A stretch of 58,915 bases of DNA, filler included, from Dugesia japonica (lineage: Eukaryota): the NCBI GenBank assembly GCA_001938525.1. It is 6 parts of 6 records of this genome, joined end to end, with 100 filler letters (N's around TTAATTAATTAA, not from the genome) between each part and the next. Parts side by side here need not be neighbours in the genome. Positions count along the whole stretch, not along the records: positions 29,789 to 38,746 come from MQRL01599696.1; positions 38,847 to 49,951 come from MQRL01636278.1; positions 50,052 to 58,915 come from MQRL01610850.1; 3 more parts are not named here. The stretch is one strand, 5' to 3'. This document shows, piece after piece, positions 37,721 to 51,111 of the stretch. How positions within the stretch are numbered: the first letter of the stretch is position 1; each line of letters opens with the position of its first letter. A program made the position numbers and the translations under genes. The notes below the pieces were generated by a model that saw only the letters and a program-made list of their open reading frames with translations, was not told where the DNA came from and did no database searches.

Positions 37721-37989
37721 ATCTCTGAAAATAAATAAAACTATTTACGAAATTAATAAACTTTAATTAATAAAAAAATCAAAAACAATGGTGGATTTTT
37801 TAAAAATAAGAAACAAGCTATTAAAAAAAAATATTTATTAAAACTTGTTATTTAAAAAATATTTTTAATTAGTTTTTTTAGGTTTGAAAATGACTTATTA
37901 ATAGAAAATTAATAAATTAAAAAAAAAGTTTACTCTAAACATTATATTTTACATTAGAAATTTAATCTTTAATGCCTTATACAAAACTC

Positions 37990-38420
37990 TATCCCGAAAT
38001 GACCGGAAGTCTCTCCAGTCTATTTCGCTTTACACTCATTACATGTAAAATGATAAACCAAATTAGACCAGAAGTCAGTGTGTAGATACGTGCCCACTGA
38101 ACCAACCTTTACATCTACCCGCAAATAGCTTTAATTTTTGGTGGTTTAGAAATTTTGCAATCTTTAGCAAATATTTTTCTTTTTCAACTTCGATTGGTTC
38201 TAAGTTCGCGCGAGAGTTTTGAATTTTGATTTATTTTGTTTAAAAGTAAATGCATGATTTCGAATTTAGTATATATTCTAAAGGAGTACTATTGAAAAAT
38301 GCTTGCTTCTCATCGCAAATAGTAAGTTTGTGCTGAACCATCACTTCCGTGTGAGATAAATCTTTGAAAAGTGGTTTAGGTTTGATGTGTAATATATGTA
38401 AAATAATTACGCGGAAATAA
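37990..38420. promoter_or_regulatory. Putative promoter island with ETS-type motifs
   Basis: ACCGGAAGT at 38002-38010, reverse CGGAAGT at 38343-38349 and CGCGCG at about 38207; locally raised GC/CpG. Confidence 0.3.
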
Positions 38421-38845
38421 AAATAATAATGAATATTTTTGTTTCATTGTTTCAATATTAATTAATGAAATTGATATATTACTTATTGAAATTTGTATGT
38501 AACTTAATCAAATCACTGTGTACTCATGGAAATAATACATATTTTGTATGAAAATGTGTATTTTAGTATACTTTTTAAAATTTTGATAATGCTTGTAAGA
38601 TGTGTGTATATATTAGAATGAAATTAATTTTTATTTTAATGTAATTAATGAAATTTGTTATGTGATAATGAAATAACTCCATCTTTTTATAAACTTTGGT
38701 ATTATTTGTATGAAATTATTATTGAAATTGATAAATTACTTATCAANNNNNNNNNNNNNNNNNNNNNNNNNNNNNNNNNNNNNNNNNNNNTTAATTAATT
38801 AANNNNNNNNNNNNNNNNNNNNNNNNNNNNNNNNNNNNNNNNNNN

Positions 38846-41800
38846 NGTTGGTTTGGGTAATTTTTGGGCGTTTTGGTCAAATATTTTCCTCGGCATTGAT
38901 GATTTTTGGGTGATTTAGGTTAAATTGGTTCAAAATTTCCTCGGTGAGGTTGAATGAGGTCAATTTTTGACTGGTTCAGGTAAAAATTGGTTGAATAATT
39001 CTTCGTGTTTAAGTAGTTTGGGTAAATTTAATTGGATTTTGATTGGTTCTGGTGAATTTGGTCGAAAACTTTCTCGGTGAGGTTGAATAAGGTTGATTTT
39101 TCATTGGTCCAGGTGAATTCGGTCAAATATTTCCTCAGGATCGGTCGGTTTGGGTAATTTTTCAGTGATTAAGTTGAATGTGGTTAATTTTTGACAGGTT
39201 TAAGTGAATTCGGTCAAATATTTCCTCGATGAGATCGGTTTAGGTAATTTTTGGGTGATTCGGTCAATTATTTTCTCNNNNNNNNNNNNNNNNNNNNNNN
39301 NNNNNNNNNNNNNNNNNNNNNNNNNNNTTAGTTGAATAATTCTTCGTGTTTAAGAAGTTTGGGTAAATTTGGTTGGATTTTGATTGGTTCTGATGAATTT
39401 GTTTGAAACTTTTCTAGGTGAGGTTGAATAAAGTTGATTTTTCATTGGTCCAGGTGAATTCGGTTAAATATTTCCTCGGGATTTGTCGAATGCGGTTAAT
39501 TTTTGACAGGTTTAGGTGAATTCGGTCAAATATTTCCTCGGTGATATTGGTTTAGGTAATTTTGGGTGATTCGGTCTATTATTTTCTCAAGATTGGTTAA
39601 TTTGGGATTAACTTTTACGGAAATTCTTTGAAAAAGTAGAATTTGTTTAAATTTTCAAATGTTTTAAAATTACTTTAAACTTTTGTGGTAAATTGGTGAA
39701 ATTAGATCATTTTGTTTAAATTTTACGATTTTTAAAATTTTAAAATCAAATTTTTATGGAATCCCGGAGAACATCTGAAATTTCGAAAATGTTTGAAAAT
39801 TTTTTTATCGAGATTTTTGCATCAATCGATGGAAAATTCGATGGAGATTATTTTTCACAAATAAAAATTTTTCGAAAAAATTATTTTTCATCTTTAGATA
39901 AANNNNNNNNNNNNNNNNNNNNNNNNNNNNNNNNNNNNNNNNNNNNNNNNNNTTTGGGTAATTCGGTCAATTATTTTCTCAAAATTGGTTAATTTGGGAT
40001 GAATTTTTGCGGAAATTCTTTGAAAAAGTAGAATTTGTTTAAATTTTTAAATGTTTTAAAATTACTTAAAACTTTTGTGGTAATTTGGTGAAATTAGGTC
40101 ATTTTGTTTAAATTTTACGATTTTTCAAATTTTAAAATCAAATTTTTATGGAATCGGGAGACCATCTGAAATTTAGAAAATTTTTGAAAAATTTTTTTGT
40201 CGAGATTTTTACATGAATCGATGGAGAATTCAATGGAGATCATTTCTCACAAATAAAGATTTTTCGAAAAATTTATTTCTCATCTTTACATTAAAATATT
40301 ATATCTATTAGATAGAAAATTCTTTGTTGATTCCAAATATATAAATCTAAAAACGCCAAAATTTATCTGGAATGAAATAAATAGGGTTTTGTGGTGAAAA
40401 TTTTCAAAACTCAGAGTTTAGCGCTCTGATCTCTGTCCACAGAGAACTGCTATCGATTCAAATTTAGTATTATTTTACTCAGAAAGAAAAAGTGACTGTA
40501 CAAAGTTAAAATATCGTCTCGGAAAAAATGCGTTCTAACGAAGATATTCGGCTGTCATCTCGGATTTGGTAACTTTTTTCGAAAATTGAAAAAGTATCAT
40601 AAAAATCGTCAAAAAGGTATCTTTTCGACAGAGAATCTTTCACTGTTTTTAAATATGTAAATCTATACTCACCAAACCGTATAGATAAAACGTTATATTG
40701 AAAAAACATGTATTTCATTTTTGAGAGTCTTGGAGGGAATTATGAAATTTGGAAAGGGTAACTTGAATGTAATTATAAATTATTCTATCCAATAGAGAAG
40801 TTTATGTTGAATAAGAAAAACATTGTTACAAATTACCAAACCTTATAGATAAAAAGTTATAAAGAAAAATACAAAGTGTAAAATAAATGGACAATCATAG
40901 GAATCGAACCACCACAGTAGGGGGATAGTGGCGGTCTGGCGCAGCACACATGTAGTACCCCCGCCCTCCGCCGTGACGTAACGAAACATAATCCTAATGT
41001 ATTTAGTCGACGATTTGAATTTGCACACCTATGAGGCAATATTATGTAACTGCGCCAGTATTTTTTATGTGTATTTACNNNNNNNNNNNNNTTTGCACAC
41101 AAATTATGTCATAGATTAATTTCATCGCCGGGAAAATTTACGTAATAGGATTAAGTGGTTTGATTTTTTAATTTATTCTTTAAGTGGTTTGATTTTGTCC
41201 TATGTTTTTAGTTGGCAAAAGTTTTCAGGCCTTTTTAAGCTGTAGATTTTTTAAGGCTTTTTAAGTGGTAACTGTTTTTAAATTTTTCTAATGTATTTAG
41301 TTGGGAAAGTTTTTTAGGCTTTTTAAANNNNNNNNNNNNNNNNNNNNNNNNNNNNNNNNNNNNNNNNNNNNNNNNNNTGCACACAAATTATGTCATAGAT
41401 TAATTTCATCGCCGGGAAAATTTACGTAATAGGATTAAGTGGTTTGATTTTGTCCTGTTTTTAGTTGGCAATAGTTTTTCAGGCTTTTTTAAGCAGTTGA
41501 ATTTTTTAGGCTTTTCTAATGTATTTAGTTGGGAAAGTTTTTTAGGCTTTTTAAACAGCAATATTTTTTAGGCTTTTTAGTTGGGAATTTATTGGTGAGG
41601 TCAAATAAGGTCTATTTTTATTGGTTTTAAGTGGTTTTGTCCAAATTTTATTCGGTGAGGATGAATAAGGTCGATTTTTTGGGTGATTCAGGTGAATTTG
41701 GTCAACTATTTCCTCGGTATTGCTTAGTTTGAGTAATTTTCAGGCGTTTTGGTCAAATGTTTTCCTCGGCATTGATGATTTTTGAGTGATTTAGGTGAAT

Positions 41801-43845
41801 TTGGTTAAAACGTTTCTCGGTGAGGTTGAATAAGGTCTATTTTTGGATGGTTCAGGTGAATTTGGCCAATTTTTTCCTCGGCATTGNNNNNNNNNNNNNN
41901 NNNNNNNNNNNNNNNNNNNNNNNNNNNNNNNNNNNNCCCCCCTCTACGTAATCATATTATTACATAACTGTTTTTAAATTTTTCTAATGTAAATAGGCGG
42001 CGGCACACATTTTTGTTCGTTACATTATTTAATTAATCTTATCGCGAGATTATTACATAACTGTTTTTAAATTTTTCTAATGTAAATAGGCGGCGAACAC
42101 ACAAATTATGTTATGAGATTAATTGCATCAGTGAAATTTTATGTAATAGGATTAACTGTTTTAAAATTTTTCTAATATATTTAGTTAGGAAAGCTTTAAG
42201 GCTTTTTAAACAGCAATATTTTTTAGGCTTTTTAGTTAAGAATTTATTCGGTGAGGTCAAATAAGGTCTATTTTTTATTGATTTTAAGTGGTTTTTGTCC
42301 AAAATTGATTCAGTGAGAATGAATAAGGTTTTTTTATGGATGGTTCAGGTGAATTTGGTCAATTATTTCCTCGGGATCGGTTGGTTTGGGTAATTTTCGG
42401 GCGTTTTGGTCAAATGTTTTCCTCAGGATTGATGATTTTTGTGTGATTTGGGTGAAATTGGTTGCAATCTTTCTTGATGAGGTCGAATGAGGTTGGATTT
42501 TGATTGGTTCTGATAAATTTGGTCGAAAATCTTCTCGGTGAGGTTGAATAAGGTTGATTTTTCATTGGTCCAGGTGAATTCGGTCAAATATTTCCTCGGG
42601 ATTGGTCGGTTTGGGTAATTTTTGGGTGATTGAGTCGAATATGGTCAATTTTGATAGGTTTAGGTGAATTCGGTCAAATATTTCCTCGGTGAGATCGGTT
42701 TAGGTAATTTTTGGTTGATTCGGTCAATTATTTTCTCAAGATTGGTTAAATTGGGATGAATTTCTACGGAAATTGTTTGAAAAAGTAGAATTTGTTGAAA
42801 TTTTCAAGTTTTATTAAAATTACTTTAAACTTTTGTGGTAAAATTGGTGAAATTAGNTCATTTTGTTTAAATTTTACGATTTTTAAAATTTTCTTAATCA
42901 AATTTTTATGGGAATCCGGGAGAACATCTGAAATTTAGAAAATTTTTTAAAAATATTTTTGTCGAGATTTTTACATCAATCGATGGAGAATTCGATGGAG
43001 ATTATTATTCAAAAAATTATTTCTCATCTTTAGATAAAATAATCTTGATTATTAGATAGAGAATGTTTTGCTGATTCTAAATATATAAACCTAAAATCAC
43101 CAATGTTTATCTGGAATGAAATAAATAGGGTTTTGTAGTGAGAATTCTCAAATTTTGAATTTTAGTGCTCAATTTTCTTTGCGTACATAACTCATATTGT
43201 TTAAAATTTAGTATTATTTTACTCAGGAGAAAAAAAAGAAGACTAGAAATTTTTATTTAAAATATTCGGAGAATTAGGAATCTAGGCGAGATTTTATTTT
43301 TGGCATAACGCTGATGCGGGATTTAAAAAATCTATACACTATAAATAACTCTGAAAAAAAGAAGAATCAAACAAGGGTCTCCACAATTATTACTGAAAAC
43401 TTCTTGCTCGATTTGAAGAAAGTTTATCACCCGAAATTCCTAAATCTCTTAATCAAATTTCTCAACTGACACTGAAAAAATTTGTTCGGAAAGTTAAAAT
43501 GTCGTCTCGGGAAAAATGCGTCGTAACGAAGATATTCAGAAATTCAACGTTTTTCGAAATTTAAACATGTATCTCAAAAATGGTCAAGAAGGCATCTATT
43601 TGATAGAGAATCTTTCACTGATTCTAAATATGTAAACTTTAAGTCACCAAACCTTACAGATAAAAAGTAATATAGAAAAACATGTACTTCATTTTGGGAC
43701 TCCGGGAGGGAATTATGAAATTCAGAAAGGGTAAAATTAAAGGGTAAAGGTAACTTGAATTTAAACATCAGAGTATCTATTCGATAGGGAATTTTATTTT
43801 GAGTAGGAAAAACATGGTAACAAATCACCAAATCTTGTCTGGGAC
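38846..43845. repeat. Complex G/T-skewed tandem repeat arrays within a duplicated composite unit (copies at about 38846-40850 and 41580-43845, with a partial extra copy around 39.3-39.9 kb)
   Basis: Recurrent GGTGAATT(C/T)GGTCAAATATTTCCTCGG and TTTGGGTAATTTTT. A shared tail beginning GAAATTCTTTGAAAAAGTAGAATTTG occurs at about 39620, 40010 and 42770; 40500-40845 is paralogous to 43490-43835. Confidence 0.9.
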
Positions 43846-43946
43846 NNNNNNNNNNNNNNNNNNNNNNNNNNNNNNNNNNNNNNNNNNNNNNNNNNTAAAT
43901 CTCTTAATCAAATTTCTCAACTGACACTGAAAAAATTTGTTCGGAA

Positions 43947-46900
43947 TTATTTCAATTTCCTTCTACTTTTCAATGTTCTCCTAGCGTTTGCAGCTGCAGC
44001 ACCAGTAGCAGATAAATTCGGGGCATTATTAACACCACTGCTGAATTGAAATAATCCCTGTTGACTTGGATTAAAATTGAATCCTGTTGAATCAGTCGCA
44101 GGATTAGGAAATGTTGTATTGTTGTTTCCTGCTGGAACTGAACTAGAACTTCCAAATTGGAATGGATTGTTGTTTTGAACAACATTTTGAACTCCGAACA
44201 TATTTGATGGTGTTTGGTTGTTATTACTCGGCAAAGAGAATTGCGGAGGGTTTTGATTAACTGTCGGCTGCTGGTGGCTGAAATTCAATTGAGGTGTGCT
44301 GCTGAATGTATTCGATTTTGTATTTTGTGCACCAAACACGCTCATTGGTTGAGTGTTGAATGTAAACGAAGATGAAACCGGCAGTTGTTTCGATGGCTCG
44401 ATTGTTGCTAAAGGAGCGGTTGTAGTGACAGTTTGTATTGATCCAAATATCGTTCCAGAATGACTCGATTGTGAAAGAGAATTATTTCCAAATAGAGANC
44501 TACTTGATCCGCCGAACTGAGAAGATCCGGGATTGGTAAATAATGATGACGACGATTGTTGCTGTGCAATATTCGAGTTCTGTTCTGTGTTTGATGATTG
44601 GCCAAATTGAAATGTAGAACTTGTACTCGATTTGCCTTCATTGCTCGTTTGTCCAAACAGAACCGCTGGTTTCGAATTCGTATTTCCTGTTGAAATTACT
44701 GTAGAATTCGAAACTTGACCAAAAACGAACGGACTCGGTTTAGAAGTTGACGTTTCTCCGTTATTTAATCCTTGACCAAAAGAAAACGGCTTATCATTGG
44801 ATGAAGAAGTTGAAAACATTGATGATGCATTGCTGGTAGCATTCGACGATTGCCCGAATGGAAACAATTGATTACTAGGAAACATGGTTTTTCCTGAAGA
44901 AATTGTTGTTCCTGTTGCTGTTGATGTTTGAACAATGGAAATTGAGGTGTCCCCCGAACAAGGAACTTGTCCAAATGCGAATGGACTTGTAGTTAACGAA
45001 GATGATGTCGTTAGAGTATTCGAGGTTTGATTGAAATTTGACGTAGACAGTGTAGAGTTTTCTCCGGCATTTGATATATTTCCAAACGAAAACGATTTAC
45101 TGGCAGGAAATGATGAAGATGTTGCTTGTTCGGAATTTGGTAACTTTCCAAATAGAAATGGAGCACCATTTGATGATGTAACTGATGATTTAACTTCCGG
45201 TTCTTTCGGTTGACTAAAAGAAAATGGTTTTGACGATAAACTTGATGTATCAGCACGAGTTATAAGTTCAAAAGATTGATTTGTAGATGCCGTCGAAACA
45301 CCACATGTAGTAGTTATCGGTACTTGTCCAATAGAAAATGCTGTCGATAAAGAGCTCGATTCTGACGTTTTTTCAAAGAACGGCTTTGTTGACAAAGACA
45401 CATTTTTTGTATCTACTGTTTGTCCAAACGAAAGAGGTTTCGATAAAGAGCTTGATTCTGACGAAGGGTTTGTCGAGTCTACTGCTTTTCCAAACGACAA
45501 AGAACTCGATTCTGTATTTGTTCCAAAAGACAACGGCTTTGTTGATGATAATCCAATTGTAGAATTGTTTAATTCTTTATTTGAGTCGACAAATAAACTT
45601 TGTTTGGAACATTTTGAATTTGAGGTTTCCACAGAAGCATTACTTATTTCTAGTGGAGAAGATCTATTAATATTAGAATCCTCGACTTTGGTATTAAATA
45701 TAGTTGATGTTGATGTAACATTAGCGCTGCCACAAGAAACAGGAGTAGAATATTGAGTAGTAATCGAAGATAATTTTGAGAAATCCATTTTTATTTCACT
45801 GGCAGCAAATCCGCTTGATATTGAAGTTTTCTGATGTTTGCTGGAACATTTAGATGTTACGTTTTCCTCAGTACTGTCTAAGGAATTTTCCCTAGGTAAA
45901 TCTTCATTGACATTACTTTTCTCCGTAAATATTGTTTTCTTTGGTAATATTAAGTTACTGGAATTTTTCTTTGAAATATTTCCACAATTACTACATTGCA
46001 ATGATTCCTCGAAATTTTCAGAAAAACAAGTATCGCATCTCCACAATTTATCTGATTTCATATTTACATTTATACGCTTATGATAATCACTTCGTTCTTT
46101 TTCAGAAATTTTTGACTTGAACTGAAATTTCACGGTATCCTCGAGATGGAAAGATAAATATTCTTCATCATTTACTGTCTGAGGTGGCCTAAAAGTAAAT
46201 TCTAAATCCGGACTCGGTGATCTTAGTGGATTAGAAAAATAATCCACTTCAGTGTTTGTTGATATTGATTTTTTCAGCGTTGGAATATTATTAAATTTCA
46301 ATTGATTTGATTTAATTTCGTTTAATTTTGGATAATCATAATTATTATTCAACGATTCTGAATCTAAATCTATATCTTCGACATAGCCCAGACGTTTCAT
46401 TTTTTTAGTGTGTTTCGAACGAATTGGGCCACAATTACTTCGTAAATTATCATTAGATGAACCAGATATTGTTACTGCTTTAATCGGTAATGGTTTTTTT
46501 CCCACTATTGGTGGTATTGGTCTAGAATATGGACTATACGATATTTGTTGCATAGATTTAGGCGAATTTATTATTTTTTCTTTCGCAAGCAAGGTTGTTA
46601 ATTTATCCGCCGCTGTGATAGGAGTTGTTAATTTGTCCAATTTTTCAAGAATTCTCTTAGCTGGTGAACTAATAAATTCTTTAGCATTTTTGAAAGATTT
46701 ATTTGAAATGGGAGAAATAATTTTTTGTGAAACATTTAAATTCCGAGGATATTTAGAATTAATATTCAGAGATATGTCTTCTGTATTTCCCAAATATAAA
46801 CGCTTAGATGAGCGAGGGTGCAGTGAAGATACACCACTTGTAGATACAGAAATATTACTTGTTTCACTGAGTTCTGAAGCAGTATCATTAAAATTATTGT

Positions 46901-47348
46901 AAACACTGAATTTATCTTGTAAAGTATTATTTGGCTTGATAATTCTGGAAGTTGGAAGAGATTTAAGGTCATAATGCAATCTAGCCCTCTTTATTTTAGA
47001 TTCATCTTCCTCCTTGCCAAAAGCTACAGATGCTACACGTCGATTAGAAGTTCTAATAGGTGACAATTTATTATCGAATGGCACTTCAGATACATTTTCT
47101 CTGGCAGTAGAATTGAATGGAAATAGACTTGTTAACGAATCACTCAGTTTTTGAAAAAATGACTAAATAAGAATTATAGTTAAATAAAGTATGAAATTAT
47201 AATAAAACTAATTAAAAAAATATTTAAAAAAAAACATGAACAGTTACTTTATTTTTTGACATATTCAAAATTTAAGTAAATGTGTCGTGTGTTTAAACAA
47301 ATACAGTGCTTTATGTAGAAAAAATAAATTTACCTCTTTTGAACGCAT
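43947..47348 (-). CDS. NUP153: Nucleoporin Nup153-like; exons 47348-47334 and 47162-43947 (about 1076 aa)
   Basis: MRSKE|SFFQKLSDSLTSLFP; SSPAKRILEKLDKLTTP (compare SSTARRILQSLEKMSSP); RanBP2 zinc finger WRCDTC..N...C..C; many FxFG/PFxFG repeats; basic tail ARRTLKSRRKLK. Confidence 0.88.
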
Positions 47349-49577
47349 TTTACAAAATAATATAAATAATATATTTTACAAACAAATTTTTTTAAAATTT
47401 TATAAGTTGGCATTTAAGCTAATAATATAATAATTATTAATTAAATAAAAATGCAATGTAAGAAATCAAAAAATAATTGCAACTTTTACATGAATATAAA
47501 AGATTGAATTCTTTTTTCTTTACAAAAATTCATTATTTGAAAAAACTTTGATAATAAAGTTTATTTTTTTAAATTTTCATAAAACTAAAATTATTTTAAT
47601 AATCCTATTTACCCCAAAATTTAAATGTTTGTTAAAAATAATTTTAAAGCATTATTCTTGAAATTAAATTTTAATTTACATAATGCCATTTATATATCAG
47701 ATATATTATAAATTAGTCATATAAATTAATTGTACAAAGTAAAGNCAAAGATTATTAATTAATGAAATTAATTATTAAATCCAACTAGGCGCTTGTGTTT
47801 GTGGGGCCTAAGGGGGCAACGGATGAGCGGAGCAAATTAGACACATTCTTCATTTTATAACCACGATAAATAACTTTAAAATACCATAAATTTATAGGAA
47901 TTTTATACTTACAAAAACATACTACCAAAATGATCGTGAAAATTTGTTTATTAACCAAAATTTATGAAAAAGAAACTTATCAATTGCTTTCTCAGTCTGA
48001 GTTTTAGGAAAGAACATTCATTATAAATTTTAGGATGAGCGTTAATCTTCGATAAAATTATTTTCTTTGAAATATAGTTAACTGCCTGAAGCATAGCCAA
48101 TTCTAAACAAAATTTATTCATATAGTCACGTTGTAAAAGTTTTTTCCTGATAATTGTTAGTTTGATGAGGACAACCCTAATGGCCAACATTATGAAGATA
48201 CTATCTAGTACCTGCTTACATACTCCATTATTTTTGCATGGTCTAAACTCACCATCTTTATTTACTCGAATGTATTACTGAATGATAACATGAATTGCAT
48301 TCCTCGATTTTGAAAAGAACAATTTTTTTCACTGAAAGTGCCTTTGGATGTAAGGGCTCAAAGTGGTTCACTTGCTCTAACGGCAGATCAGAATCCAACA
48401 TTGATATAAGTTATGCTAAAAACTTAAATTTTGATAATTTTATAATCTGTTTATAAGGTCACATATTTATTAAAAAGAACTCTAGTTAAATAAAATTGTT
48501 TAATTCAATTAATAATATTATTGATGTTTTCAGCGGGTATTTTTTAATTTTGTAAAATTTCTATCCACATAAAAATGAATGTTATATAAAACTTAAAAAT
48601 AAATAAAATTCAAATTAGTATTCATAAAATTTTATAAATATTTTCAATTTTTATTGAAAATAATAATTTGAAATATTTTTAAAATGACAAAAATAATATT
48701 TCCTTTCAATATAATATTTTAAAATTAATGCAAGAATTTTANNNNNNNNNNNNNNNNNNNNNNNNNNNNNNNNNNNNNNNNNNNNNNNNNNNNNNNNNNN
48801 NNNNNNNNNNNNNNNNNNNNNNNNNNNNNNNNNNNNNNNNNNNNNNNNNNNNNNNNNNNNNNNNNNNATATTTTAATCTATTGTATAATATAATAAAAAG
48901 TTTTAATATATTAAAAAATTATGAAAATCTGATATAAATCTGATATAAATCTATTATAAATCTATTATAAATAATCAATAAAAAGTTTAATAAATAAAGA
49001 GGAAAATATATTTCAACAAAATTTTAATTTTCTATGTCATAGATCAAAACTAATAAAACTGAATAATCACATTAGATGAAAATTTTAANNNNNNNNNNAA
49101 GTCAACAACCAGAATATTTCACCTCTAATGCAATTGAATAAAAACTTTTAATTATTTAAATGGCGTCAACACTGATATTTTGTGTTTTTTTATATTATGT
49201 TATTTTTATTCGGAATTTGTTTATAAAAGTTCAAAGATTATTTGGATTTTTTAAAATTTGCAAAATTTAAAATTTATTTGATAACTTTTTAAGTCTTAAA
49301 AGATCATAAAACCTGATAAATATTTCCTAAAAATAAAAAATTAAATTTAATATGAAAATCTTTGAAAATTATATTTAGATTTTACAAAAGCATGAATAAA
49401 TTTACAAATTGGATTTTATTTAAATATTCATGAAAATAATTTTTTGAAATTCTGTGTGATAATCTTTAAATACAATTTTTTTAAAATTTGTATATTTTGT
49501 TAATTTTTATCTAGAATGAATATTACGTATAATGATCAACACTTGATAAGTAGTTATAGTAGTACGATTGAAAGCCA

Positions 49578-49675
49578 GCAGGTGGTTTTCCTAGCCTTAT
49601 GGTTCAAAATCCCCTGTGTGCTTGAAAGCACTCGCTCGCTGGATTTCTCATCATTGGGCTAGGAAAAGCATCTGC
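49578..49675 (-). ncRNA. Structured RNA-like island with type I hammerhead topology and a variant core
   Basis: 20-bp terminal stem. The minus strand reads CCTAGCCCA-ATGATGA-GAAATCC...GGATTTT-GAAC-CA-TA-AGGCTAGG, with an inner GTGCT TTCA AGCAC hairpin. Confidence 0.45.
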
Positions 49676-51111
49676 AGACTTTAAAGTGTACTCATATAAC
49701 TACTTGTTTCATTTTTGTAAAAATAAATCAACAGGTATTTTTTTTAAAATATAAAAAAAGAAAAAATATTTTAAAATTAAATTTTAAATAATAAACCGTG
49801 ATGGTGAATTTAAATCATGATGATTCAAAATATGTATTAAAATCATTTAATAAAAATTTAATTTTATTAAATGAAATAGATTATTTAAATGTAATTCATA
49901 ATAAAATAGTATAGAAATGTTATTCTTTTATTTTTTAATACAGAGGAATTTNNNNNNNNNNNNNNNNNNNNNNNNNNNNNNNNNNNNNNNNNNNNTTAAT
50001 TAATTAANNNNNNNNNNNNNNNNNNNNNNNNNNNNNNNNNNNNNNNNNNNNGAAAATCAATAATTTTACAATTTCAAAATTAAATCAGTTATATAAACAG
50101 CCCAGATATGGTAATGGAATACAGGAAAGATGTTGATTATAAGGAAGCAGATAGAGTGTCGAGAACTTCGAACTTCAAAACAAAACAGAGCACCAAACTA
50201 AGGTTAGCTAACTCTCTGACAAGCTAGATTCAAAGCAAAGAATTAGCTTATGCACTATTTAAGGGATACATAATCATCGGAAAATTTCGGAAAAGAAACT
50301 AGGGCATTCTTAAATGCATTTTTGTTTTCAGGAGGGATATTTCTAACCAACTTATCAACATATTAATTTAGAAGAAGCAAACAAAAACTCTTAGAAACCC
50401 AATAGTATTTAAGAAAGTCAATGATTAAGGAATAAATCTGAATGTCATAAAAATACAAAGATAAGACAGAAAGAACGAAAGGGTGGATGAAGAATGCTGC
50501 AATAGATTTTACATTGTTACATCTAACAAAAATTCTTTCGAATGGTTCAAAACTTTGTTTCTTAGAAAAATGTCTACTATGCTGCTTTAAAAAATATGGA
50601 CGTTTTATTTCTAAAATATTCACATAACAAATACTTAAAACAGACAAATTTATTCGGTATACGAATTTTTGAATTGCTCAATTTAGGACATGATTTTTAA
50701 ACAATGAAATGCTTATTAACTTTTATGTGACATTGTAAATCATGTAAATTTCTTTCAACTATTCCTTTGTATTGAGTACAGTATTTAATTCTGAACTATA
50801 TTTTTGATTAATACGAGATATTTAATAAAATACTTTAGAAAACAATTTAATATTTTAAGTAAAATATCAATAAGTTGTAATTAGTTTTATAATTAATTTT
50901 TTAATTAATAATTAAATCTATATAATTCAATTACTTTGAAAATGACGAAAATTTGTTATATTTAAATACAAAATTAGTTCGAAAAAGAATTTTTTAATTA
51001 TTAAATTAGTAATATTTTTGTAAATAAATACATTAACTTCAAGAACGTTCTTTATGTTTTGTTTTAATTTGTTCAGAATTCAATAAATCGTTATCTTTTT
51101 GTTACTAAGAT

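Noticed and set aside
43970-46972. Many overlapping and antisense ORFs within NUP153 (likewise in the 5-6.5 kb gene and CCT7)
   Set aside because: Shadow ORFs of real coding sequence with no independent motifs.
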